A stretch of 64,000 bases of DNA, from NCBI GenBank assembly GCA_965637545.1, contig OZ281494.1, forward strand, positions 6,324,001 to 6,388,000. Direction: 5' to 3'. The position numbers and the translations under genes are program-made. Below the pieces are notes generated by a model, which was given only the letters and a program-made list of their open reading frames with translations, made no database searches and was not told where the DNA came from. This document shows, piece after piece, positions 1-19,200 of this stretch. Source of the stretch: Phallusia mammillata (Eukaryota). The first letter of the stretch is position 1, and each line of letters starts with the position of its first letter.

Positions 1-44
1 ACCTGTATTTTGTTGTATGAAACAATGTGAAATTTACTTCACAG

Positions 45-553
45 CTAACGAGTTTGCAAAAACTGATGCGGAATTTGAAAAGAAGCACGGATTAAAGAAA
101 CCAACCGTACCAGGCGCAGAAGTAGTAATGCAATGTAGAACTGGGCGCAAAGCATCGCATGCTTTCACAACCTTATTTAAAATGGGATTCGACCAGTAAG
201 CAAAAGTATTCTTTATTTTTGTAGTTTAGCTATATTCACTCCAGCAATCATTGGTGTATGTAAGGATATATGTATACACCAAGGCAGGGGTGGGATTCAA
301 ATATTTTGTCAGCGGGTTCTATCACAAAAGTCGTATTTTTCAGCCGGTTCTGTTACAAAAAGTCCATTGACAGTAACCAGTAATGCTAACCGGTTCGTTG
401 ATCTCATAAAACTTCGAGAAACGGTTCTATAGAACCAGTGCGTAAACGTATTTTCAACATTGCTATTCACTTGCTAATTTTATTACTGCGGTTTCATTTC
501 ACAGAATGAAGAATTTGAAAGGTGGATACAACAAATGGATGGAATCAGCCTAA
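45..553 (+). CDS. Single-domain rhodanese / thiosulfate sulfurtransferase (TSTD1-like), last two coding exons; 5' part lies outside the window
   Basis: Exons 45-195 and 505-553 joined by a GT-AG intron give ...FAKTDAEFEKKHGLKKPTVPGAEVVMQCRTGRKASHAFTTLFKMGFDQMKNLKGGYNKWMESA*. It has a CRxGxx active-site loop and the C-terminal GF..x.NLxGG...W rhodanese motif. Confidence 0.85.
285..445. mobile_element. Truncated hAT-type MITE, same family as 20841-21018 in opposite orientation
   Basis: Starts CAGGGGTGGGATTCAA. Internal sequence (ggttctatcacaaaagtc...gttacaaaaagtc...gatctcataaaa) is the reverse complement of the complete copy at 20841-21018. Confidence 0.75.
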
Positions 554-953
554 CAAGGAGCCCAATCTTGCCTAAAATAAAAAGAAGCAAATTAGTTTAA
601 AAACCGATGTAACTTATTGTATCTGTTTTATGTGGATCCGTTTGTACCAAAATTGTAATTGTTCGCATATGCAATGAATGTAGTTTCAACTGTAGGGTAC
701 TGACTCATATTACACTTTGCATAGTATAATTTTGATGTTGCACAAGTTTGTTGTATCTTCATTTTAGTTCATTACACTCTTTTGAGGTAATTTGCGTGTT
801 TAGACGGAATAGGAAGAAATATCAATTAATCGGTGAACAGACATTGAACAGACAAGCTTTTCGACAACTATAACCACTTTATTTTGTCAACACATTACCG
901 TCGTATTTTTGAAATTTTCACACACCTCAATACGCCATTACAACCTTATAATG

Positions 954-1401
954 CAGCGCTTCCCAACAGGTGGTTCGCGGCCCACCAGTGGGCCGCGAAA
1001 CTTGTCAAACTATTATCATACCAAAATAGAAGTTATACAGTTCGTGTGAACATACTTTCAAGTTTAACTATATTATCAAAAAAACAAACATATTACTCAC
1101 TATAAAAGCCACATAAGGTTTCACGTTAAACAAAGCTTTTATTCACACCCAAACTGCGATTGTCGCGTCACAACAGTAAATAAACTGCAATGGTCGCTTC
1201 ACAACAGTACTTGTATTAGTTGTAAAATGTTTGTCAGAACTCTCTTTGTTAGCTTCATTTGGACCCAGAATGAAACAAATACGGTTTCATAAAGGCAGGA
1301 AGTAAATTTGAGGCAAAAGTACAATGTGTTAAAACAGTGGTCCGCCAAAAATTTTTTTTTAAAAAAGTGGGCCGTGGGCTGGAAAAGGTTGGGAAGCACT
1401 G
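954..1401. mobile_element. hAT-type MITE
   Basis: Termini CAGCGCTTCCCAAC / GTTGGGAAGCACTG; perfect 8-bp TSD TTATAATG at 946-953 and 1402-1409. Confidence 0.9.
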
Positions 1402-1975
1402 TTATAATGCATTACTCTGCCTGTTCCAATACATGAATGTGAAAAATAAATGTGTGCTATTTGGCGTACCATTGCGTCTTATCTTTTGAAGGCACAACAC
1501 CATAAAAGAGTAGTCCTGGTAAACTTTTTGCGTGCCGCAGGTTCACTGGAAAGTAAGCATGACAGCTTAGCTCCGAATTTGCCCTCAACTTAGATACTAG
1601 ATTTTCTGAAATTGGTTTGAATGAAAAAAGGTAACCTACATTGTTTACCAGGGCGCAGAAGAAAGTATATTCTGGTTGGTGATGGTTTGATTTACGCGTA
1701 ATCAATACAGGAAGCACAAAAAAAACTAGTTGATCAGAAATTTTAGAAAACAAAGTTTCTTCACTTTTCCTCATAAGAAACTTCGAATATTATTTATGCT
1801 GAGGGCCTTGACCCTGATTGCAATAACATAGGCTTAGTTTGGCGAAACAATGCGCTTTTGTTTCTTTGGCAGGAACAATAGATCGTATATCGCAGAAAAG
1901 AGAGTTCGCATTTTGTCTCAATAGAACAAAAAACATACCCAGCAGCAATTGTTCAGTCACATACATAACAAGGTC

Positions 1976-4866
1976 ATGTCAATGCTTTCTAAAACTTTTT
2001 CTACTCGTATAACAGTGCAAGGTAAGGTATAAAAGTCACCACGTAACACATTTGTTGAAGCGAAACTAGTGAAAGTTGGTCTCAAAGACGCACATAAATG
2101 AAATACGGTATCAAGCATTAAAATCCAGAATTTTATTAACAGTTGTTTGTTAGAATAAAACAGAATCTTGCGTACAGCACAACGGGGCTGGAATGTCTTC
2201 ATGTCAGGGGTATCAAATTCTGGGAACCACTGCTTAGTAGCGTAAAAGCAGAGCTGCATACTATAGTAGAGAGTCCAGTGATCATAAGTTTTCGTTTTGC
2301 ATGCTGTCGAAATTTTAATTTTAAAGTCACAGAAATAAAATCAACACTTAAAAGTTTGCGTAACGGCGTACCTGCCGACTTCTACCACAGGTTCTATCCT
2401 AAATATGTGTACAATTAAGTTTGTGCTAAATGGCGCTACTGGGTTGCAGCATCTGCAGCTGAGCGCTTAGGTCTGTTTTCGCTATGCGGGGTTTAAGGTA
2501 GGGTTGCCATACGTCAGGATTTTCGGTAGAGCTACTAACACGATACGTTACGCCTGATCCAAAAGTGCTTAATTTTCAAAACGGTATATCTCAAAAAATG
2601 CTAACGGTTAGGGCTATTAGGGTTGGGATAAGGTATTAGCACTTAAAATTCAATAATACTAACCCAAAAAATTAGTTACTAATGTAAATATTATATGTAA
2701 ATATTTCCCAACCCAACCCATTTATAGCCGCTAAATAAATAATTCAGCTCTTAACGCCACCTATCGAAAATTAAGCACTTTTGGATCAGGAGAAACGTAT
2801 CGTGTTAGTAGCTCTACCAGGATTTTCCCTGACATGTCCGGGAATTTAGTGTTTAAATCTGCGTCAGGGAGAAATGTTAAAATGTACTTAAAAGTCAGGA
2901 ATTTAAGAAACAAATATATAGATACTATGAAATTAATGTAATAACGGAGAAAGTTTCTAGTAGTTAGCTACAACCGTCCATGAAACGTAGAGGTGAACAG
3001 GCAGCGCGCAGGGTAACGCATAAGGTTATTTTTTCGTTTTGCAGTGTGTGTGCGCGCGTAACAATACATGTTTGTTACTAGTTGTCTGACAATACGCGTT
3101 AAATACACAAAGAAAATCCGCGTCTCAAAAAAACACAGCATTCAATGTTCTGTGGGAAGTTTCATTTGCTTAAACTGTGTATGGTCTTTGTGATTCACAG
3201 TGTTTTTTGTTCTGTGTGAGATTGGTCCGAATGGTTTTAGAGTGGTAAAGGTTGGCGACCCCTGATATTTGTGCTTATTGATTCAAGGATAGTAAGAGTA
3301 AAGAGTAGTGAGCTTAGCCTAATAAACTTAACTAAACAGAAGCCCACACAGAATGTTAATTGACAAGGATCGGAGTATCAACAGTTTCTCGTGTCGCCGT
3401 CCGTGTGACTTCCGAATAGTCTAAATTTATTCCGGAATAGAAGTGTTTGGATCGCAAAAATGGTTAACGCAGCGGTTCTCAAACTGGGGTCCGCGGTCCT
3501 TTAGGGCATTTTGCAGGGACCGCGAAAAGGTGGAAGTAATTCTATATTCTTATTTGGCGTCAGTTTGTGCAACTGAATAAGTTTAAATCAAAGTGAAAGT
3601 GAGAATCGACCGTCTCCACTGCTAAACAATAGGCTTTATTGCATGACAACTATCAAAATGCAATTGTTTGCGCACAATTGTAATGTTTTTGTTTTGTCTG
3701 TGATGTCAGATTTGGATCATTGTTATGCGCAATTTTGCATAACCAGCTAAAATCCTGCATCAACTTTCGTTTTTCTGAAATATACATTCAGACTTACGTT
3801 AACACATTCCGACTTAAAGTTTAAGAAAAACTGGGTTAACGCAACCGAGATAAAGTTGTCAGGGATTGTGTATCATAAAATATGGCAACCCTAGTTTAAG
3901 GCCCAAGCGCACAGCTGACCATATTATGTTTTGTTGTGCCCAGTGTTCTATAACATTTCTAGCTGTCCTGCAAAAAAAGAAGATGGAATCAAAGACTACA
4001 CCTCCGGACATACAGATCAAGTAGGTTTCAGTCGGTTTCCGAAGGAGCTTCATACTGCCTGTGTTATAATGTGCTGTATGCAGTTGTGAAACGGGTATTT
4101 GCCACAAATTGTTTGCGAATACATATATACTATTGTATCGTCGATGCACGTAGCACTATTATCCATACTACTAAAGCAATGTGGTTGGTTTATAACAGAC
4201 ATTGATGTTTTGTCTGAAGCATCCATCATTCACCCGAAAAGTAATAACTTAGTTGGTTCGCTACTAAACCGGGAAAACAAAACTTTCTTGGTCGATCTTA
4301 TCCTGTTGTTGCGAATGTCGGTTTGATTACCGGTGCGTTTTTTTTCAGACTCATATACCATATTGACAAGGAGGAATTCGAACAACGATTAGCACAAACT
4401 GGTTGCGCTATATACGACGATGCAGAAGACGTACAAATTCCTGGCAAGGTTGCGATTCCATGGCTTTTCGACGTTCCTCACGAGGAAATGAGTAAGTATT
4501 GCTCCTTAAATTCAGTCCTAGCGCAAAAGCATTTGCAAATATTGAACAGCAAATTGTGTGAAAAGGATTGGAGCTATAAGGATCCAACTATAAACCAACT
4601 TATAAACCTCGTATCTAAGCCTATCCGATTCTAAATGGAAATTTAAATAACTGTGCTCTGTTAAAAATTAAGGGAACCACAGTTTTAAATAAACCTGCTT
4701 AGAACTCGTCCTGAATAAGACTATTCATGTTTAAACCACTGGTTCATAACCGTGACAAGCAAATAAAAAGTTTATGATGAAAAACTTGTTTGCAGCTGCA
4801 GATTTAGCAAAATCTGATGACGAATTCAAAAAGAAATACGGAGTGGGAAAACACCATGTAACTTAG
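1976..4866 (+). CDS. Rhodanese-like tandem paralog, C-terminally truncated (105 aa, no catalytic Cys); possible pseudogene
   Basis: Phase-compatible GT-AG exons 1976-2021, 3963-4020, 4349-4491, 4796-4866 give MSMLSKTFSTRITVQAVLQKKKMESKTTPPDIQIKLIYHIDKEEFEQRLAQTGCAIYDDAEDVQIPGKVAIPWLFDVPHEEMTADLAKSDDEFKKKYGVGKHHVT*. The last exon aligns with exon 45-195 of the upstream gene (AKSDDEFKKKYG vs AKTDAEFEKKHG) with the same acceptor phase. The first exon is the least certain. Confidence 0.6.
2525..2818. mobile_element. MULE/Mutator-like MITE nested in the 2499-3893 element
   Basis: About 54-bp TIR GGTAGAGCTACTAACACGATACGTT..CCTGATCCAAAAGTGCTTAATTTTC; 9-bp TSD AGGATTTTC at 2516-2524 and 2819-2827. 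Superfamily is inferred from the long G-starting TIR and 9-bp TSD. Confidence 0.8.
3470..3790. mobile_element. Partial hAT-type MITE, same family as 57372-57793
   Basis: CAGCGGTTCTCAAACTGGGGTCCGCGGTCCTTTAGG and about 300 bp colinear with 57372-57720; right end absent. Confidence 0.75.
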
Positions 4867-6110
4867 AAATTTAACGTAATGAGAAATATCCTAGTTGATG
4901 ACATGTACAGTATATTATCGCTGTAGTTTTAGAGGTTGCATACTAATGCAAATACACTTTCTACTGTGGTTTATTAAATCGATTATTACATTATTTTTCG
5001 ATTAGTTTAATCGAGTATCTTCAGAAGGTAATTTATTAGATGTTTAGAAATTCAAAGTAGACAAAAAACATAAACAAAATTTAAATAAAGGCTTAACAAC
5101 CACAGAGTCATGTTGTATTTGTGAAATGTATTTTGTCTGTTTTGATGAACAAGCGTGAAAATAAAATCGTGTTGCGTAATTTGTGTCAATACGTCGAGCC
5201 AGTAAAACGCGTAACACTTAGTCGGAATCATTCTTTGCCATCACTCAAAGTAGATATATCCAGGAGTAAAAACAGTCTGCGGTGGGGTTCGAACCCACCA
5301 CAACAAAGTTTTGTAACCTCATAGAGTCATAAAGCTAGAATACATTCATCTTACTTCCTTAGTAGTAAAAACCAGTACCACACAAAACCACACGTTTAGC
5401 ATTAGAAGCTTAGGCCTTCTATTTGCAATTTGCGCCAATGTTCTCATAAAAGTTTTTTCGATTGAAAGCAACTCACGATTGAAAACAATTTCAAACAGAA
5501 TAAAAGTAACTAACAAATCCCAATGCACTTGACTTACTGAATCCAATTTCAACTGAGTTTGTAATCATATTCAACACAATAGACCAAAACATCCCTAGAA
5601 CACCATGGCTCAGCTCCACCCAACAGCCAAAAAATCAACCTAAACTAAAAAAAATAATGTTCAATTTACTTACAAGTTTTAACTAACTAAGGATCATCCA
5701 AAACATAAATTCTGTTTGGCCAGGCAGTAAGCATCTCAAGGCATCACTCGGGGGGTGGCTTAACTACTATAAGGTATTATGACGTCACAACTAGTAAGAA
5801 GGAAGCTTTAAAGTAAACGTTATACAGCAAAATTAACTTTGTTTAACGTTACAGCGTTTTTCGGTCGAGCGTCGGTACGTTGGACAATGCTTATAGGCTC
5901 AGTCTTTTACACAATCTGAGACAAGGAGAGAAAAAAAAACTATAAAGCAAAAAGTGTAATTAAAAAAAATCCGGTATAACCAGGTTAATATTTAAGAGCC
6001 GATTGGATCACTAGACAAAATTGGCTATGCGCTTGCACATAAACGGTATGCACACTGAGAAACAACTATCAAGATCACCTTTTTATGACATTGCACTTTT
6101 TTACTAACCA

Positions 6111-14077
<7,967 letters not shown>

Positions 14078-16269
14078 GCTTTTATGGGGGCAAACAATAG
14101 GGTGCTTTCACAGACTGTTGCAGGCTATTCACATTTCAAAGTAAATTTCTCCACGTTTTACATTATCAACATATGTTTGTTTTTCATATTGGGTTGAACT
14201 GGGTTCTTTGTACGAGAAGAAAAGTATTTTTGAAAGGTTTACTGTTTACCTGCAACTGTGGTCATGATTTTCCGTTACTTTGTTGAATCTGGTGGAAAAT
14301 TGTATGTTCAAAAAAACAAAGTTTTTTTTAGTTGGTTTGTTAAATTAAACACACAAAACATTGACCACAAAACAAAGACACTTATATATGCAACACAAGT
14401 ACGCTGTGTTGCTAAAAACTAAAAGCCCAATCAACGGTGCCAAGCCAAATAAACTTAGTTTCACTTTAGTTTCAGACATTACCATTTTTATTTTGAGGAA
14501 GCTGAAGTTTAAAAACAAACACTCAATTTCAGTTGTAAGTGAATAGATAATGTAACAAACCGTAGTTGCATCTGTGATCAAGTTCCATTATAGAGTAAAA
14601 CTCAAGACAATGATGCATTTCAAAGGCCAAAGTCAATCACTTCATGAGAGGATTGATCTCAGAAATTCCATTTACGTACTTGTGTTTCCCGCGAACAGTT
14701 CTTACCACCAGCTTGAGGTAAAATCAACCACAATCACAAATAACTTCAATAAACGATTTTTTGCTTGTATTTATAACAACTTATTGTAATTTTTAACTAA
14801 ATAAACTTTGACATATTTTTGTATTATTATTACCCTAACACTATATAAACTTTTATTTAAGCGCTCACTTTTTATTATTAGTTTTCACTAGCTGAAATGT
14901 TTTTGTGATTTTACCTGAACATTTGTGGTAAACATAATTTCCTTTTCTACGAGATCGTAAATCAGTGCAGGGAAAGTACCTTAACCGCGAATTTTGCATT
15001 TCATCCGCAACTTCAGAAATTAAATATTCTTTCATAAAACTATATTGAAAGAAAACAATTACGTTTGTAGACGTGCAGTTATTCTGCGACTTTAAACAAC
15101 AAAGTGTCAAGTTTTAACAAACATTTGTTAGAAATCAAAAGTTGAAAAGGAATGCAAAGTTTCAATGGGGTTGCTTTTTAAAAAGTTTAATATCTTACGT
15201 ATGACTACAGAAACCAAACATATGTTGGTAAACTTTAACACACATGTGTAGTACCGTAGTAAATAAAACTCATGACATTCGTATGTTAGATGTACGTGTT
15301 AAACTATTACCGCTGTCACCACTTGTGTTCCATTGAGAAGTTTCTGCACGTTTATCCTAGCTGTGTGCAGTTAAGACTTTTTGTCGGTAGAGCATATTTG
15401 CACGTAGAAAGAGAAACAAGTCAAGCCTTTGTTCTGAAAAGGCAAATAAAAGCATGTTTAATCGTGTTTCTTTAATGGTTTGTTGGTGGGTCTGTTTGCG
15501 AACAGAATTTTTGTTTTCAGTAAAACGTTTTAAGAAATTTACTTTCTTTACTTCCTGAACATAAACTTTTGGTTTTGGACTCCACCTGCTGGCTGAACAT
15601 TTGTGTTCTGTGCTTCCCATTTTTTAAGCCAGTGTTTACTTAACAGTGCAGTAAACGTACCTGCCATAAATTCAAAGTTTAACAACTTGCAGTAAATTTA
15701 ACCCACCTCAACATTTCACTTGTTAAATATTGAGCTAGAGTGAATTGTTAAGGCAAACGTTTTTGTTGCTGATGGTTTGGAGTTTGCATATTTTGTTTTT
15801 AAGTAAACACAAAAAACGAAAAGCTAGTCGGTAAACGTGCGATTTTACGGCGTTCTGTTGTTTATTTTAGGTGTTTAATACTTCGCAGTAGGTGAAACAG
15901 GCGCAAATCAAAGAGTTTGCGTTACAGGACATATATAATGTACAAGCGTTACAGCACATATAGAAAGGTGGTTAGGTTATATTGCCAACATTTTTGAGAT
16001 AGTAATTTTGAACCAGGATTTCTCAAGCAAAATATGTTGCTGTTATTTTCAAGTTGCCAATTGTGTCAGTGATCAGAATTTGCTGGAGATCGTGTAGTTG
16101 TTTATTCATCAACACAAAATCTTTTGATCAGTTCATTTTACACAGCAGTGGTTAATATCAGTTCAAGTGGGTATAAACCTTGTCGCACTGTCTTGTTATA
16201 CAAACTTTGCATTGTAAACCAGGCAGCGCAGGATAGCGAAGTGGGCCAGACACTGGTGAACAATAGATA

Positions 16270-19200
16270 ATGGCTATGAAGGAGCTCTTGCTTGGTTTGT
16301 GGAACTACAAATCCACCTTGGTGTTTCTACTGACTCCTTTATTGTTGTTGCCGCTACCTCTAGTGGTCAATGGAACGGTGAGTCTGTACGTTATGTAAAT
16401 AAGTCCGTTGCAGGCTAAATAGGACAATTCTGTCGTGTGTACTTGAAAAATCACGTATTGACAAACACTCATTTAAACGTATAGCTCAAATTTTTACAAA
16501 CGTTCTTTATTGATATAGTGAAAATAAGATCTTTGAGGGGGGAAATGGTAGCAGAAAGACGTTTCCTTTAAATGGAAATTTAATTTAAATAGTGATTTAA
16601 TAGTCAGTTCGTTTTTTACTCCATTGATGTTACTTCTTATCAATATCACTTCACATACTGATGGTCAAACGATTTAAGTAATCCAGCGTTAAGAAGAGAT
16701 TCTAAAACTTTCAAAGATACTTAACAAAATGTGAGTTTAAACTTTGTCCCGCAAAACTTCAGTACCTCATAAAGCCGCCTTTAAACCTTAGATTAAAGTT
16801 GCACTCTGCGTAGACAAATACTTAGCAGCACAATTGGAAATCGTTCTCAGCACCCAAGCTTACCGTAGCACAAAGTTCGAAAACTTGTAGCGAAAACTTT
16901 AAATATTTCTAAATCCTAATTTTTTTTGCTTCATAGGAATCAGCATGTGGTTACGTCATCATTGTCATGGCCGTTTACTGGGTCACCGAGGTGATTCCGC
17001 TTGGGGCCACGTCGCTCATTCCGCTCATCCTGTTTCCCATCATGGGTGTGATGCCAGCCAGTGACGTCAGCAGAACGTATTTGACAGACACGAACTGGCT
17101 TTTTATTGGAGGGCTAATGATAGCCGTTGCCGTGGAAGCCACAAACTTACACAAGCGAATCTCGTTGCGCGTTCTCACACTGGTTGGCGCAAAGCCTCGG
17201 TGGTATGGGATTTCTTCATCAACTTTTCATTGAAGTTTTAGTTGATGGAATATAATCGAACAAAATTGACATGACAATTTAAAACCATCGAGCCAATACA
17301 TAATAAGCAACCTTGCCATGGATTCATTACTTTACATAATAAAACTCAAAAAAGAAAAGAAAGTATTGAAAATATAACAACATATCCACCAGTTTTTGCA
17401 AAAGCAGTACATGTTTGCTTTTGCTTTCACGAACTTAAAAAAACCGTTATGATGAAATTGACTCAACCAAAAACATACGTTGAAAATTCAGTTTGGTCAA
17501 AACGAACTTGTTATCATTTTATTTACAGCTTGATGTTCGGCTTTATGTCAACCACGTTTTTCCTCTCAATGTGGATCAGCAACACAGCGACAACAGCAAT
17601 GATGCTTCCCATAGTGGAAGCTGTCATCCGAGAACTGGTTAATCAGCGAGACGATGAAGAAGAGAAAGATAACTTAAAGCAGGAAGGCGGTTCGGTAAGA
17701 TTATTGTCAACAGCATAAAAAAAACGAAAAACTTGTTTGATAATGAACTCTGGCAGTACAAGATCAAAGTATATCTACAACAAAGTAAAAGTGTGCATTA
17801 TCACGCTCAACTGTTAAAGCCCAAACGGTTTGCATAGAGTAGACCTTTGCACGAGATGAAGGTGTTTGTTGAGCACCCCACAATAAAATTGCAATATTTA
17901 AGGGTGATTATTCGTAACATCAAACTTGGTTCTTTATGAATAGAACAAAAGAGTCCTATAAACTGGAAGAAACATACCTTTATTCAAATCATGAAATTAC
18001 TGGATCAGTACGGGTTTCGTTACAGGCGTCCAGCGTTTCGGCAGATTATAACGGAGACGGATATATTATCACAAGTTTTACTAACGATTCGTTCGATGGG
18101 CAATCAGTGAATGGTGACTTGAAAGAAAAGAATGACGTGGAAGAAAACCTTGACGTACGTACATGACTAAAATCATCTCTTATAGCAAATGATTTGAAGT
18201 CACGATGAAAGCTGTGTTAGAGTTTGTTTTTAATTCGATTGTTCCGAAAAACATTTGTACTAAATACTAAACTTACTTGTAGAGCATACGAGGCAGGCAA
18301 CTGTGCTTGTGATTTGACCAACAAGCCTATGTAGATCAGTTGCAACTAGGATTCGAATTCCACCGCAGGTTATATATATATTTTGCTTTATGACCACCCT
18401 GATTCGGTATTACGCCTTCAACCGGCCCTATGTATTATAATTTACATTTTAGTTATGATTGCTTAGGGCTAATCCCAATGTTGAATAAACGTTCATCTTA
18501 GATAAACAGATAAAAATTGTGACTAACAATGATTTAAGTTTCCCCTCAAAGTGCTGTTTTATCCCAAACAGGAACGGGAACCTACAATGACGTCAGACGA
18601 AAAGGAAAAATGGGCAACTAACTTGAAGAAAGGCCTCAGTTTATGCGTCCCTTATGCTGCCAGTATTGGAGGAACTGTTACACTCACTGGGACGGGACCA
18701 AATCTTGTATTATCTGGACAGTTCGACATGTAAGTTTGTATACAACAGGATGGTAAGAAATGTCGGCACATGTGATGTAAAACAAAAACAAACTCCCCAG
18801 TCGTTTATTTCTGTTTAACGTCGACTAAGCCAGGGGTCGGCGACCTTTTTTGCACTGTGGACCGTTTTTTAAACTAAAATTTTATCGCGGACCGGTCTTC
18901 AAACAACTACAAATATTTAGCAATAAAAACGCTTAAATTAGTTTATCATCCCCGGGATACATGGGCACAATGTTTATAGCATTTAACATAAAACATTCTA
19001 CGGCCCGGTAACGAACTCCTCGAGGACCGGCGGTTGCCGACGACTGGACTAAGCAATGCAATTGATGCGCTTATTTTAAGTGTTTTTTTTTTAGTAGCCT
19101 GGATATTTGCAATCCGTAAACCATGTTTATGTGTTTGTTAATTTTTGAGATAATCATATTTGTATTTTTTACGAATTCAATGAGTTTATGACTATGTTTG

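Larger units (their letters stand above)
2499..3893. mobile_element. hAT-type non-autonomous element hosting nested insertions
   Basis: Termini TAGGGTTGCCATA / TATGGCAACCCTA; 8-bp TSD GTTTAAGG at 2491-2498 and 3894-3901. Confidence 0.85.

Noticed and set aside
1457-1774. 105-aa minus-strand ORF
   Set aside because: No recognisable motif or partner exons; length is compatible with chance.
2605-2725. TTAGGG/CCCAAC telomere-like motifs
   Set aside because: Few, degenerate copies internal to the MULE-like MITE, not an interstitial telomeric array.
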